Shown: piece by piece, positions 37,026 through 47,937 of the stretch
Position numbering within the stretch: position 1 is the first letter of the stretch
Layout of the letters: every line of letters starts with the position of its first letter
DNA from: Escherichia phage vB_EcoM_ESCO50
Strand: one strand, 5' to 3'
DNA length: 64,000 nt
Sequence record: OM386664.1
The notes under the pieces: model-generated
What the model was told of the DNA's origin: nothing
Seen by the model: the letters and a program-made list of their open reading frames with translations, nothing else
Database searches by the model: none
Made by a program: the position numbers and the translations under genes

Positions 37026-39725
37026 ATGGAAAACGTAGATTTTAAAAACTTACATTTAGTTGGCGATACAGAAACTGATGGTTTGCTCCTTGAGTTCACT
37101 AAAGTGCACGTAATGGCTTTCGCAGACTATAAATCTGACGATGAAGAGCCACCTGTATGGGTCTTTACAGATGAGCCTATCCTCGGTCACAAGTACACTA
37201 AGTACCTTAAGGGTGGTTTACGTGAAGGTGTTGAGTTTGCGTTAAAGGCAAAACGTCTTTGCATCCATAATGGTCTCGGTTATGACTGGTGGGTTTTCAA
37301 TCACATTGCACCGGATTTATGGAACTTTGATAATCCAAAGTGTAAGCCGTGGAGTAATTTCTTTCAGGATTCTCTTATCCAGTCTCGTGTTCAGTGGATG
37401 GATAGGCCAACTCCAAAGGGTTATAAAGGTGCTCATGGTTTGGCTGCATGGGGTGCTCGTGTTGGTGTTCGTAAGCCAGAGATTGAGCATTGGGGTGTGT
37501 GGAATGCAGAAATCTTCACTCGTGTTGTAGATGATATCCGTATTAACGCCAAAACTAAACGGGCACTTGATAACGAGTATCTCAAGCTTAAGAAGTGTGG
37601 CATAGACACTTATGAAACCTACATGCGAGCTAAAGAAACATCTTTCTGGATGAGTCAACAAGCTATCAATGGTTGGAAAGCTGATAAAGAGCTTATGGAG
37701 TTCCATGTGAAGGAACTTGACAAGTTGACTAATGAGCTTGCTTCAGAGGTTGAACCACATCTTCCTCCAACTATTAAGACCAAAGGTAAAGTCACTGGAG
37801 AAGAGTTTGCAAAAGCTTGGAATGAGTATGTTGAAACATTTGGTCATGCAGATGGACTGAAAAGAATTACCAAGTACCCTAAGACAAAGTATCGTCAGCA
37901 GGTACGTAATGGTGAGATGCAGACATACGAAATCAAACCATTTGGTAAGCCAACTACAAAGATTTTTAACATTGAAAAGAGAAATTGCTATACACCAACC
38001 AACTCTGTAACTGGTGAAGAGTACAAGGAAGGTTTTGTAGCAATGAAGGATGCTCGTGCAATTTGCAATGAGTTGAATGCAAAGATTGGTAAGAAGTGCA
38101 AAGACTGGAAGCCAGTAAAAACAGTCAAAACTGTGAAGTATTATAACAGCCACGTTGTTAACCACTTTGAACTTGAGTCAAGTCGCTACACAGGTTTGAT
38201 TGATGCACCATATACACCAATTGAGTTTGAAGTTTCTCGTATGACTCAGGTAGCAGTTGTTAAAGACTACTTGAAATCAGTTGGTTGGATTCCAGATGAC
38301 TGGAACTACAAGAAAGACTCAGACGGTCGCCCTGTCAAAGTTTGTCGTTTCAAAGACAATAAAAAGATGATTACAAAACATCCTAAGTGGCAGGAGATGG
38401 TTGAACGGTGTGGTTTGAGTTATGTTGAACATGAAGGTGTACAGTACATTGAGCATAACTGGTCTGTGAAGAAATACACAGATTTGCTTGAACCTTGCTT
38501 AATCCGTACTTCACCAAAACTTACTGAATCATCTTATGACACGATTGAAGGTGAGCTTGGACAGAAGATTGCGAAATACTACACTTTGATGCACAGACGC
38601 AGAACTATTGAGAACTCAAAGGATGATGAAAAAGGTTGGTTAAACCAGATTCGTCCCGATGGTCGCCTTAGTGCTGGTGCAATGGTGTTTGGTACTTCAA
38701 CTGGACGTATGACACAATATGGTATTGTAAACGTACCATCTGGTGCTGCTGTCTATGGAGCACCTATGAGGGAGGTTTGGACTTGTGAAGATGGTACAGA
38801 TATCATTTCCGTAGACCAAAACTCAGCCCAGCTAGTTCTCCTTTGTAACTTTATGGGTGATGAAGACTTCACTAAAGCGGTAACTGAGGGTAAAGAGTCA
38901 GTAGAGTTCACTAAGCAAGATGATGGTAGATACTACTGTAAGCATCTTGACAAGTATCTTAACCCAGAAACTGACAAGTATCTGCGTTATGATGCTGAAA
39001 ATGACCTCTATGAAGTCTACACAGGGACTGATGCGCATACACTGAACAGTATTTACTTTGGTCTGAACAAAGAAGAAGATATTGTTCGTTGTAGGGAGAC
39101 ACAGGATGAGGAGCTTCTTCACGAGATTACAAAAGGTCGTAAGAAGAGCAAAAATGGCATCTACGCCCTGTTATTTGGAGCCGGAGACGAGAAGTTTGCA
39201 AAAACTATCAAGGCATCATCTACGGAAGAAGGTGCATTGACTAAACAAACTTACTTTGTGCGTCTACCTAAGATTAAAAAGCTGCTTGATAGACTAGAGG
39301 AAGACTTCAAAGCAACTAAGAAAGCACTTGAAGAGGTTTTTGGAAAAACTTCTGCAATTGCGAAAGGTGGGTACATCAAAGTTGCTGGAGCGTGGTTATG
39401 GTGTAAATCTCCACATAAGTTATTGAATTACACACTTATGGGCAGTGAGGCGCAGGTGCAGAATGAGGGTATTAACTTGGCTAACAGAGAGTTAACAGAG
39501 CGTAAGCTTACAGTCCTAAATGGTAGGAAACCAGCTATTGGTGCTAGATGGGTCTGTAGTTACCACGACGAAGTTTCTTTAGAGGTTCCAACAAAAGATG
39601 TACCAGATGTTAAGGAGATTATTGATAGGATGTATGGTCAAGCATCAAAAAATCTTGGATTAAAAAGTAAGACGCTTGTTACAGGCACTGGTAAGGTAGG
39701 TAAGACATGGTACGCCGTACACTAA
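37026..39725 (+). CDS. DNA polymerase, family A, with 3'-5' exonuclease domain
   Basis: Exo I VGDTETDGL; motif A DQNSAQL; motif B KKSKNGIYALLFGAGDEKF (T7 gene 5-like); motif C YHDE. Confidence 0.9.
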   Translation: MENVDFKNLHLVGDTETDGLLLEFTKVHVMAFADYKSDDEEPPVWVFTDEPILGHKYTKYLKGGLREGVEFALKAKRLCIHNGLGYDWWVFNHIAPDLWNFDNPKCKPWSNFFQDSLIQSRVQWMDRPTPKGYKGAHGLAAWGARVGVRKPEIEHWGVWNAEIFTRVVDDIRINAKTKRALDNEYLKLKKCGIDTYETYMRAKETSFWMSQQAINGWKADKELMEFHVKELDKLTNELASEVEPHLPPTIKTKGKVTGEEFAKAWNEYVETFGHADGLKRITKYPKTKYRQQVRNGEMQTYEIKPFGKPTTKIFNIEKRNCYTPTNSVTGEEYKEGFVAMKDARAICNELNAKIGKKCKDWKPVKTVKTVKYYNSHVVNHFELESSRYTGLIDAPYTPIEFEVSRMTQVAVVKDYLKSVGWIPDDWNYKKDSDGRPVKVCRFKDNKKMITKHPKWQEMVERCGLSYVEHEGVQYIEHNWSVKKYTDLLEPCLIRTSPKLTESSYDTIEGELGQKIAKYYTLMHRRRTIENSKDDEKGWLNQIRPDGRLSAGAMVFGTSTGRMTQYGIVNVPSGAAVYGAPMREVWTCEDGTDIISVDQNSAQLVLLCNFMGDEDFTKAVTEGKESVEFTKQDDGRYYCKHLDKYLNPETDKYLRYDAENDLYEVYTGTDAHTLNSIYFGLNKEEDIVRCRETQDEELLHEITKGRKKSKNGIYALLFGAGDEKFAKTIKASSTEEGALTKQTYFVRLPKIKKLLDRLEEDFKATKKALEEVFGKTSAIAKGGYIKVAGAWLWCKSPHKLLNYTLMGSEAQVQNEGINLANRELTERKLTVLNGRKPAIGARWVCSYHDEVSLEVPTKDVPDVKEIIDRMYGQASKNLGLKSKTLVTGTGKVGKTWYAVH

Positions 39726-40210
39726 CACTTCAAGATTACAAGGACAATTTTATTTACGACCCCGACAAAGGGGTCTTCTACAACAAGTATGACAGGAATA
39801 GGCAAGCTAAAGCTGGTCAGGTTGCCGGAGGAAGTGATGCTTATGGTTACAGGGTACTTAAATTCAAAGGTGTTGTAATAAAAGTACATCACCTTGTTTG
39901 GTGGTTTGAGCATGGTTACAAACCTACTAAGATGATAGACCACATTGATGGTAATAGGAGCAATAACCACATTTCTAATCTTAGAGAGGCCGATAAATAT
40001 GGAAACGCTCAAAACAGAGTAAAGCAGACAACTAACAAATCAGGTTACAAGGGTGTATATTACTTTAAAGACTGCAATAAGTGGAGGGCAGCTATAACAT
40101 GCAGAGGTAAAAGGACATCACTTGGTTTATTTGACACACCTGAAGAAGCCCATAAAGCTTACTGTGAAGCTGCTATAAAACTCCACGGAGAGTTTGCAAA
40201 ACTAAGTTGA
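39707..40210 (+). CDS. HNH homing endonuclease with AP2-like domain; overlaps polymerase 3' end by 19 nt
   Basis: HNH motif MIDHIDGNRSNNHISNL; AP2-like GYKGVYYF; paralog of 16452-16943. Confidence 0.75.
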   Translation: MVRRTLTLQDYKDNFIYDPDKGVFYNKYDRNRQAKAGQVAGGSDAYGYRVLKFKGVVIKVHHLVWWFEHGYKPTKMIDHIDGNRSNNHISNLREADKYGNAQNRVKQTTNKSGYKGVYYFKDCNKWRAAITCRGKRTSLGLFDTPEEAHKAYCEAAIKLHGEFAKLS

Positions 40211-40261
40211 CAAGGTGCTCAGGGAAGAGTACCTTATACTATATCTTGTATAGGAGGGCTT

Positions 40262-40480
40262 ATGACACTTTCAGAGATTGAAGTTCAGTTGCAATGTGCT
40301 GGTTATTCTCAAAAAGAGATTGAAGGGATGTTTATTGTTCTTTGCAGTGGTTCTAGAAATTTGAAGGTAAGTCCTGAATTTCTTCGTAGAGTAGATATCT
40401 TTATTGCTGGAGGCAAAATTGCAAAAGACAAGACAGGGTACTTAAAAGGTGAACGTATTGATATTCTGGAGTTGATATGA
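40262..40480 (+). CDS. Hypothetical protein (72 aa)
   Basis: ORF with GGAGGG RBS. Confidence 0.45.
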   Translation: MTLSEIEVQLQCAGYSQKEIEGMFIVLCSGSRNLKVSPEFLRRVDIFIAGGKIAKDKTGYLKGERIDILELI

Positions 40481-40746
40481 ATAGTTTGTATAGTCTCTGG
40501 AGAAGGGTTATGTGGAAAGCAGTAATTGCACTTGGTGTTATTTTTCTATCTGGCTGCAATCCTTCTTATGAAGATAAAAATGCTTCTTACAGTCTCCCAC
40601 CAGAGATGCAAGATTGCATAGTCTATGAGTTATATGGTGATACTACAAGTAGAGATATTGTTGTTGTAAGATGTCCAAACTCTCAAACAACAACATCTTA
40701 TAGCTATGGCAAAAATGGCCAATCACATACTACGGTTATTGAGTGA
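40477..40746 (+). CDS. Putative lipoprotein (89 aa)
   Basis: Signal peptide with lipobox FLSGC. Confidence 0.45.
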   Translation: MNSLYSLWRRVMWKAVIALGVIFLSGCNPSYEDKNASYSLPPEMQDCIVYELYGDTTSRDIVVVRCPNSQTTTSYSYGKNGQSHTTVIE

Positions 40747-40756
40747 GGTTTTCACG

Positions 40757-40963
40757 ATGGAAGTCCTAGTAAACTATATCTATCGTTATGATGTTGTTCA
40801 CTCCACTACAACCATAGCTCAACGTAATCCAATCGTCCCACGAGAAGGTGAGTTTGTTCGCATTGAGGGTTGGACTTACACTGTGGAAAGCATCATTCAT
40901 AAGTTTGATGTTGCTGGCGATGTTCAAGTTATCGACGTAGAAATTGGTAGTAAGAGAAAATGA
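40757..40963 (+). CDS. Hypothetical protein (start placed at MEVLVNY; track ORF begins at 40706)
   Basis: ORF; GAGG RBS before the internal ATG. Confidence 0.4.
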   Translation: MEVLVNYIYRYDVVHSTTTIAQRNPIVPREGEFVRIEGWTYTVESIIHKFDVAGDVQVIDVEIGSKRK

Positions 40964-42060
40964 CAACACTGTACAAACAAAATAAAGATGGCTCTTTCAA
41001 CGTCTGGTCATGTACTGCTGTAGGTGATAAAGTTATTACAACCTACGGTAAAGAAAATGGCAAGATGATGTTTGAAGAGTATACAGCAGAACCTAAAAAC
41101 ATCGGTAAAAAGAATGAGCGTAATGCTGAACAGCAAGCCCTCTTTGAAGTTGCTGCTAAGTATAAAAAGCAAGTTGACCGTAAAGGGTATGCTTACACAA
41201 AAGAGTCTGCACAGAATACTGAGAAGGTAGGTGTACAGCTTGCTCATGATGCTGCAAAGGTTAGCCATGCAAAGTATCTGAAGTTCCCTGCTGATGCTCA
41301 ACCAAAGCTTGATGGTGTCCGTTGTAGAATTTCAAGAGATGCTGATTCAGTTAGTTTCACAGCTTATTCTCGTGAGAATACTGTTTACAACGTTCCAGCA
41401 GAACTAATCCCAGATTTGCTTTTGTTGCTTAAATTACATCCACAAGTTGAAGACTTTGACGGAGAGATTTATGCTCATGGTTGGGACTTAGAAGATATTG
41501 TGTCTATGATTAAGAATGCTGACAATCCAGACCGTCACCTTCTTAAATTCTACTGGTATGATACCTGTGACAATTCAAAATCTTGGCCTGAGCGTCGTGA
41601 AGTTATTGATAACTCACCCATTGTTGAACTTGGGGATACCTGTAGAGTGGTTCCTGTACAGACTATCCGTGTAAATTCTTGGGAAGAGTTTGACGAAGCT
41701 CATGATAAGTGGGTTGAAGCTAAGTTTGAAGGTGCAATGTACCGTTCAATCTCTGAAGACTCCTTCTATGAGTGTTGTCACCGTTCATACTTCTTGATTA
41801 AGCACAAGAAGATGCACACTGAAGAGTTTAAAGTGACTGGTGTCAAGACCGATAAGCGTGGTCATGGTAAGTTCGTTGTAGAGACTCTTCCTAACGTCTT
41901 TGTAGATGTCTCATGGAAGACTACTCATGAGAAGAAACAGTATCTTGCTGAACATCCTGAAGAGTTTATCGGGAAACCTTTAACAGTTCAGTTCCAGAAG
42001 ATGACTCGTAAGGGTTCTTTACAGTTCCCTGTTGGGCTAGTTATTCGAGATTACGAATAA
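40960..42060 (+). CDS. lig: ATP-dependent DNA ligase
   Basis: Adenylation motif KLDGVR (KxDG); 366 aa. Confidence 0.8.
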   Translation: MTTLYKQNKDGSFNVWSCTAVGDKVITTYGKENGKMMFEEYTAEPKNIGKKNERNAEQQALFEVAAKYKKQVDRKGYAYTKESAQNTEKVGVQLAHDAAKVSHAKYLKFPADAQPKLDGVRCRISRDADSVSFTAYSRENTVYNVPAELIPDLLLLLKLHPQVEDFDGEIYAHGWDLEDIVSMIKNADNPDRHLLKFYWYDTCDNSKSWPERREVIDNSPIVELGDTCRVVPVQTIRVNSWEEFDEAHDKWVEAKFEGAMYRSISEDSFYECCHRSYFLIKHKKMHTEEFKVTGVKTDKRGHGKFVVETLPNVFVDVSWKTTHEKKQYLAEHPEEFIGKPLTVQFQKMTRKGSLQFPVGLVIRDYE

Positions 42061-42067
42061 AAAGTTG

Positions 42068-42095
42068 TTGACATAGAAAATTTGGTGAGTATACT
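42068..42095 (+). promoter_or_regulatory. Sigma70-like promoter TTGACA-N16-TATACT just after the ligase stop, driving transcription into G-rich element A
   Basis: Consensus hexamers read from sequence. Confidence 0.6.
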
Positions 42096-42149
42096 GAGCA
42101 GCATAAACCGACGGGTACTCACCAGCATCACTTAAGAGTCTTATAAGAG

Positions 42150-42266
42150 GGTTTTTAAGTGATGTAATGTAAGGCAAGGCAAGGCAAGGTGGGGTGTGGT
42201 CTGGCCAGGTTAGGTTCGGTGATGTCAGGTATGGGTAGTTAGTCTCAGCTACATTAAAATGAGACT
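42150..42266 (+). other. G-rich 5-nt-periodic element A ((CAAGG)4 then NNNGG pentamers) ending in hairpin AGTCTCA-GCTACATTAAAA-TGAGACT plus T-run; candidate structured ncRNA or DNA element
   Basis: Pentamer periodicity and terminal hairpin read from sequence; no ORF. Confidence 0.5.
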
Positions 42267-42289
42267 TACCTTTTTAAAAGGTCTTTAAG

Positions 42290-42412
42290 AGGGTTTTTTA
42301 ATGAGGTAGGGTAAAGTAATGCTTGGTCTGGTTTGGTAAGGCGCGGTCTGGTTTGGTAAGGTAAGGTTCGGTATGGTGTGGGTGGATGGTAGTAGCCACA
42401 TTAAAAATCTAC
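42290..42412 (+). other. G-rich 5-nt-periodic element B (GGTNN pentamers) ending in hairpin GGTAG-TAGCCACATTAAAAATC-TACC
   Basis: Second copy; same leader AAAAGGTCTTTAAGAGGGTTTTTTA, same loop, different stem. Confidence 0.5.
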
Positions 42413-42471
42413 CAAGTTTCTAAAGAGTCTTCTGTTGAGGGTTCTTTACAAACAACTTAACAATAAACTAA

Positions 42472-43520
<1,049 letters not shown>

Positions 43521-43531
43521 GTTGACTAGGT

Positions 43532-43555
43532 AGCCTCTTCGGAGGCTCCTTTTTA
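43532..43555 (+). terminator. Rho-independent terminator AGCCUC-UUCG-GAGGCU followed by UUUUU
   Basis: Tetraloop hairpin plus U-tract after stop of gene 43074-43520. Confidence 0.6.
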
Positions 43556-43574
43556 AAAGGTCTTTAAACAGGGT

Positions 43575-43679
43575 CTTTTAGTAAGGCATGGCTAGGTGAG
43601 GTCTGGTAGGGTAGGGTGAGGTGGGGTTGGGTTGGGTTTGGTATGGAAGGATGGCAGTAGCCTTATAAAAAATCTGCCA
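43575..43679 (+). other. G-rich 5-nt-periodic element C (includes GGGGTTGGGTTGGGTTTGG) ending in hairpin GGCAG-TAGCCTTATAAAAAATC-TGCC
   Basis: Third copy; conserved leader and loop, compensatory stem. Confidence 0.5.
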
Positions 43680-43770
43680 AATAAGCTATAAAATCTGTTG
43701 ACAAGTCAGGTGTTATAGCTTATTTTTATACTCAACGTAATACAAAATTTAATATAACTTTGAGGTCATT

Positions 43771-44154
43771 ATGAAAAAGATTTTATTAGCTACTGCAATG
43801 GTTATGGCAATGAATTTACCAGTCAATGCAACAGAACTTCCAAATGTGAACTTATCAGGTGTTCCAGAAGACACTTGCCAGATTGTTAAAGGTGTTGCTC
43901 TATATAGAGGTGAGCTGCTTAAACCAATCTCTGAAGAGTCTTTAACAGAGATGACTGATAAGGTAACTGACTACCAGTATCGTGTTCTTGCAGAGTATTT
44001 CCTGCAATCTGCAAACATTAAAGAGAAACACCATGACGATATTGATGTACAGGCGATGCTCAATCACCGTATCCAGTTTAAAGAAGATTTGATGCAAAAA
44101 GCTATGTATGGTGTTGAGTATTTCTTAGAAAACAGAAGCTGCACAGGTATTTGA
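43771..44154 (+). CDS. Hypothetical secreted protein (127 aa) with N-terminal signal peptide
   Basis: MKKILLATAMVMAMNLPVNA signal-like N-terminus; GAGG RBS. Confidence 0.5.
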   Translation: MKKILLATAMVMAMNLPVNATELPNVNLSGVPEDTCQIVKGVALYRGELLKPISEESLTEMTDKVTDYQYRVLAEYFLQSANIKEKHHDDIDVQAMLNHRIQFKEDLMQKAMYGVEYFLENRSCTGI

Positions 44155-44155
44155 T

Positions 44156-44368
44156 ATGGCTCTTAAAAAGTTACATCCCAGAAGCGGTTATGGTAAGATA
44201 ATTGACGATACAGACGGCTTTACAGTCTTTACAGTCATCTGTCAAGATGATTCACAGATTGAAAAGGTTCTTGACGATTATCTTAATGATGAACGTGAAA
44301 AGGTTAGGGCTACAAACATAGATTCATTAATTGACACTTCACGCAAACGGAAGAAGAAAGATGAATGA
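44156..44368 (+). CDS. Hypothetical protein (70 aa)
   Basis: ORF. Confidence 0.45.
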   Translation: MALKKLHPRSGYGKIIDDTDGFTVFTVICQDDSQIEKVLDDYLNDEREKVRATNIDSLIDTSRKRKKKDE

Positions 44369-44660
44369 GGTTTTTGACCCTTATGCCCCACAAGATGATT
44401 GGGAGGCTGATAGAGAGGCTGAAATGGAGAGTTATATTTGTCCAATGGATGTAGACGAAATGAGAGACTTCGTTGCACATCGTTTTAAGAGAGAGATTAA
44501 ATCCAGAGGTCTTTCTCAAGAGCAAGTTGCTAAAATTTGTGGTATCTCTCAGGCTCGTGTGTCCAACATAATCCATCTCACTGGTAACGTCTCCCTTGAG
44601 TATATGTTGGAAGTATGTGAAAAATTTGGTGTTAATTTTAATTTAAGGTTGGCAGATTAA
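44361..44660 (+). CDS. Helix-turn-helix DNA-binding protein (start at ATGA overlap; track ORF starts at 44331)
   Basis: C-terminal HTH-like LSQEQVAKICGISQARVSNI. Confidence 0.45.
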   Translation: MNEVFDPYAPQDDWEADREAEMESYICPMDVDEMRDFVAHRFKREIKSRGLSQEQVAKICGISQARVSNIIHLTGNVSLEYMLEVCEKFGVNFNLRLAD

Positions 44661-44661
44661 T

Positions 44662-45021
44662 ATGAAACGTGAAAACATTATCTACTCTGAAAACTTCGCA
44701 TTAGGCTTTTACGGTGTACCTACTCACCTTGAAAAGTATTATGGTGTAAAGATTCTTTCCAATCTTATTATGGCTTACAAAGATGGTAAGATTAAGCATA
44801 CTGAGAAGAAACGTGTCATGGGTTATATGGCTGTAGGTTCAGCAATCTCGAACATTAAGTTGGAAACAACTAGCAGTCAGATTGTGAAAGACCACTTCAT
44901 CAAAGAGCTTTACCAGAATCTTGATGGTGTAGATGTTCAGGCTGTTTGGCTGGATGTTGATGGTCACAACTACACAAGTTTTGTTTTCAAAAACGATGAC
45001 ATTAAGTGCTTGTTCCCATAA
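44662..45021 (+). CDS. Hypothetical protein (119 aa)
   Basis: ORF. Confidence 0.5.
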   Translation: MKRENIIYSENFALGFYGVPTHLEKYYGVKILSNLIMAYKDGKIKHTEKKRVMGYMAVGSAISNIKLETTSSQIVKDHFIKELYQNLDGVDVQAVWLDVDGHNYTSFVFKNDDIKCLFP

Positions 45022-45034
45022 TAGGTGATTAACT

Positions 45035-45550
45035 ATGATTGATATCTTCTTACAAGATGCTCATGCAGATTTCCTTAAAGAGATGCTTAAAAAGTTTATG
45101 GCTTCACAGTATGAGAATGAAGCATCTTTTAAAATAGTTACATGTGGCGATGAAGCTGGTTTTGTTGAGATTGAACATGAAGGTACTGGAAAGACTGTTT
45201 GTAAACTACCTGATAGTATGTTCTCTAACACATTCTTAACAAAGACTAGTATAAATGTTAAGCTTGTACCGCAGATTGAAACATACTCTGGTACAGATTA
45301 CCCTAAAGGTTTCAAGTCACTGATGAAGTATTTCTTAGATGACTTTGTGGGTAATCTTCTGAGGGAGGTAAAAGAAAGTCGTACAGTGTTAACTGTAGAG
45401 AATATAGGAGACACTATAAGGGTCACTTCTGACTGTTTTGTTATGAGCCTCTTCGACTTCGTTCCTAAGAACTTTGATGGTATTCTGGATGAAGAAGATG
45501 ACTGTGTAGACTTTATATTGGTTCTTGAACCAGTTTTTGAGGTTAAATAG
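45035..45550 (+). CDS. Hypothetical protein (171 aa)
   Basis: ORF. Confidence 0.5.
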   Translation: MIDIFLQDAHADFLKEMLKKFMASQYENEASFKIVTCGDEAGFVEIEHEGTGKTVCKLPDSMFSNTFLTKTSINVKLVPQIETYSGTDYPKGFKSLMKYFLDDFVGNLLREVKESRTVLTVENIGDTIRVTSDCFVMSLFDFVPKNFDGILDEEDDCVDFILVLEPVFEVK

Positions 45551-45811
45551 ATGAAAATTGAACACTGCTATGGGTCTGACGGAACACCTATCCGATGTCC
45601 ACATTGTGGGTGTACAGACTTACAAGGTGAGGTAAGTGAAATAGTCAACGGTCATATTGCTGAAGAGAGTACAAGGTGTACAGGATGTAATGAAATCATT
45701 GCTTTCTGGGCTTATGGTTCATACCAACCTACACCACACTTAATCTACCATAGCAATAAAGCTGTGAAGAATGTTATCAACTGGTTTATTAAGAAAGGAT
45801 TTACAAAATGA
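45551..45811 (+). CDS. Small zinc-ribbon protein (CPHCGC...CTGC)
   Basis: Two Cys pairs. Confidence 0.45.
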   Translation: MKIEHCYGSDGTPIRCPHCGCTDLQGEVSEIVNGHIAEESTRCTGCNEIIAFWAYGSYQPTPHLIYHSNKAVKNVINWFIKKGFTK

Positions 45812-46353
45812 TTAAATTAATCTTTGCAAGTGGTGAAAATGGAGAGTTTGGTACTCCAACTGGTATGCCGTGGCCTCGACATAAGCAAGATATGCAAGAG
45901 TTTAAGAGACTCACTAAAGACAACTTAGTAGTTATGGGTAATGAGACTTTTAAGACTCTAGGTAGTAAGCCTTTACCAGAACGTGAAAATCTTATCTTAA
46001 CAAACTCTGTTCCATATTTGGGTATAGACTTTGACAAAGACGATGTAATGTATGCTAAGGCTAGTAAAGAGTCCTTTGGAGCATTTTTGAAGTATCTTGA
46101 TAGCTCTATTGATGAAGATGTCTTTGTAATTGGTGGTGCAGGTGTTCTTGTCGATGCTTTGCCGTATGCTGGTGTAGTTTTCCATACAGTTTTCCATAAA
46201 GTTACTGAAGAGGCCACTGTGTATTTACCTTTTGAAAACTTCTTCGATAAACTGTATGATAGCCGTGTATTTGCAAAGGTGCAGTCAAGACCTTCAGATG
46301 ATGGTAAAGCAACCTTTGAGATTTATGTTCCACAAGTAAAAGGACACTTTTGA
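45808..46353 (+). CDS. folA: Dihydrofolate reductase
   Basis: N-terminal IFASGENGEFG...MPW pattern typical of DHFR; directly upstream of thymidylate synthase. Confidence 0.7.
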   Translation: MIKLIFASGENGEFGTPTGMPWPRHKQDMQEFKRLTKDNLVVMGNETFKTLGSKPLPERENLILTNSVPYLGIDFDKDDVMYAKASKESFGAFLKYLDSSIDEDVFVIGGAGVLVDALPYAGVVFHTVFHKVTEEATVYLPFENFFDKLYDSRVFAKVQSRPSDDGKATFEIYVPQVKGHF

Positions 46354-46354
46354 T

Positions 46355-47254
46355 ATGTCACAAGCTGATTTGAGTTACAAAAATATCCTGAACCATGTTT
46401 TATCCGTTGGCGAACTGCGTACTACACGAACTGGAGATGTTATCTCTGCATTTGCTCCACCACAATTTCGTTTTGATATGAGAACTGGTTTCCCACTCTT
46501 AACATCTAAACAGGTTTTTACACGGCAAGTTATTGGGGAAGCTTTATGGTTCCTGAATGGTGAGAATAAACTTGGTGAACTCCGTTATCGTACTTGGGGT
46601 GAAAATGATGGGGAACGCTGGACTATCTGGTCAGATGATTTTAAACGCTGGTTAAGTTCTAATTATTCTTCTGAACAAGATTGGTTAGAAGATGCAGGTG
46701 GGAGAATCTATGGGGTCCAGTGGAGAAACTTTGAAGGTCATAATGGTTGTGTTGTAGACCAGTTAGAGACCTTAGTAACGAAGATGAAAGGTGATATCAC
46801 AGACCGTTACATGCTTGTTAATGCTTGGAATGCAGCAGATATTGCAGCCAACTCGATGGCTTTAGCGCCTTGTCATGTTCTGTTTCAGATTTATATCACT
46901 AACGAAGGTGAAGTTGACTTACAATGGTATCAACGTTCTGTAGACACCTTTTTAGGACTTCCGTTTAACATTGCATCTTATGGTTTTATTCTGGAAGTTC
47001 TTTGCAAGATGACTGGATACACTCCACGGTACTTGATAGGCGTCTTTGGAGATACTCAGATTTATCAGAACCATATGAAGCAGGTTTATGAACTGATGAA
47101 CAATGAAGAGTTTCATGCACCTACTTTTGAGATTGGTGTGCAGCTTAATACTCTAAGTGATTTAAAACATCTTACTGCAAGTGATTTTATTGGTGGCATT
47201 AACAACTACCAACATGCAGGGAAGATTGAAGCACCCCTGTCAGTAGGTAAGTAA
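46355..47254 (+). CDS. thyA: Thymidylate synthase
   Basis: Active-site ALAPCHVLFQ (PCH); 299 aa. Confidence 0.9.
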   Translation: MSQADLSYKNILNHVLSVGELRTTRTGDVISAFAPPQFRFDMRTGFPLLTSKQVFTRQVIGEALWFLNGENKLGELRYRTWGENDGERWTIWSDDFKRWLSSNYSSEQDWLEDAGGRIYGVQWRNFEGHNGCVVDQLETLVTKMKGDITDRYMLVNAWNAADIAANSMALAPCHVLFQIYITNEGEVDLQWYQRSVDTFLGLPFNIASYGFILEVLCKMTGYTPRYLIGVFGDTQIYQNHMKQVYELMNNEEFHAPTFEIGVQLNTLSDLKHLTASDFIGGINNYQHAGKIEAPLSVGK

Positions 47255-47295
47255 AACAAAAAAGGCTCCCGTAAAAAGGAGCCTTAAAATTTTAT
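47255..47295. terminator. Bidirectional rho-independent terminator (GGCUCC...GGAGCC flanked by A-run and U-run) between converging thyA and minus-strand genes
   Basis: Inverted repeat with A/T runs on both sides at the strand switch. Confidence 0.6.
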
Positions 47296-47297
47296 TT

Positions 47298-47663
47298 TCA
47301 GTGTTCTTCTGTATTCTTCTCAGTAATAGCTTGGAGGGCTGATACTGATTGAGCCAGATTATTCACACTGTCAGAGAATTTATCAAGAGTTTTGGTAAGT
47401 TTTGCGTTTTCACCCTTAACATTCTCTAACTGAACTTTCTGGTTCTCCATCCCTAACTGAAGCAATCTCATGTCAGACTGTAAATCACGAATAGCTGAAT
47501 AGTTACTACTTGTGTAATTATCCAACTGTTGTAACTTTGTTTTGACAGACACCTCTTGTTTACCACTTGACACTTGCATGGTGGTATACATTCCGATAAC
47601 ACTAAAAATACCAACTACAATTGCACCAATATTATTTTTAAAAGCTTCCTCTAGCCACTTCAT
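47298..47663 (-). CDS. Membrane-anchored coiled-coil protein (121 aa); possible lysis-associated protein
   Basis: N-terminal TM IGAIVVGIFSVIGMY then heptad-like region; follows tail fibre genes. Confidence 0.4.
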   Translation of the reverse strand: MKWLEEAFKNNIGAIVVGIFSVIGMYTTMQVSSGKQEVSVKTKLQQLDNYTSSNYSAIRDLQSDMRLLQLGMENQKVQLENVKGENAKLTKTLDKFSDSVNNLAQSVSALQAITEKNTEEH

Positions 47664-47858
47664 TTATTTCTCCCCCTTAAAAGCTTTTTCTAAGTTATCT
47701 ACGAACTCATCATCAATAGGTGTGTCTGTTTTACTCGCAAGATATCTTGCAAGCTTAAAGAACACTTTCTCAATCATGTATTCACTTAGAAGGGATAAAA
47801 TGAGCTTCCAGAAGAAGCTACCTAGATTTTTTAGAAGAATTGCTAGGATTGTAGGCAT
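47664..47858 (-). CDS. Small membrane protein (64 aa); holin-like candidate
   Basis: Hydrophobic N-terminal helix, charged C-terminus. Confidence 0.35.
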   Translation of the reverse strand: MPTILAILLKNLGSFFWKLILSLLSEYMIEKVFFKLARYLASKTDTPIDDEFVDNLEKAFKGEK

Positions 47859-47937
47859 TTAATCACCTCATCAGCCAAGATGGTGAGAATACCCATAAAG
47901 AATATTAACACCATCTTAACAATCAGTCAACAAGGGA

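Noticed and set aside
37026-39725. Intein or intron within the 899 aa DNA polymerase (longer than T7 gene 5)
   Set aside because: Exo, A, B and C motifs occur in the expected order in one continuous frame, and no intein splice-junction motifs were seen.
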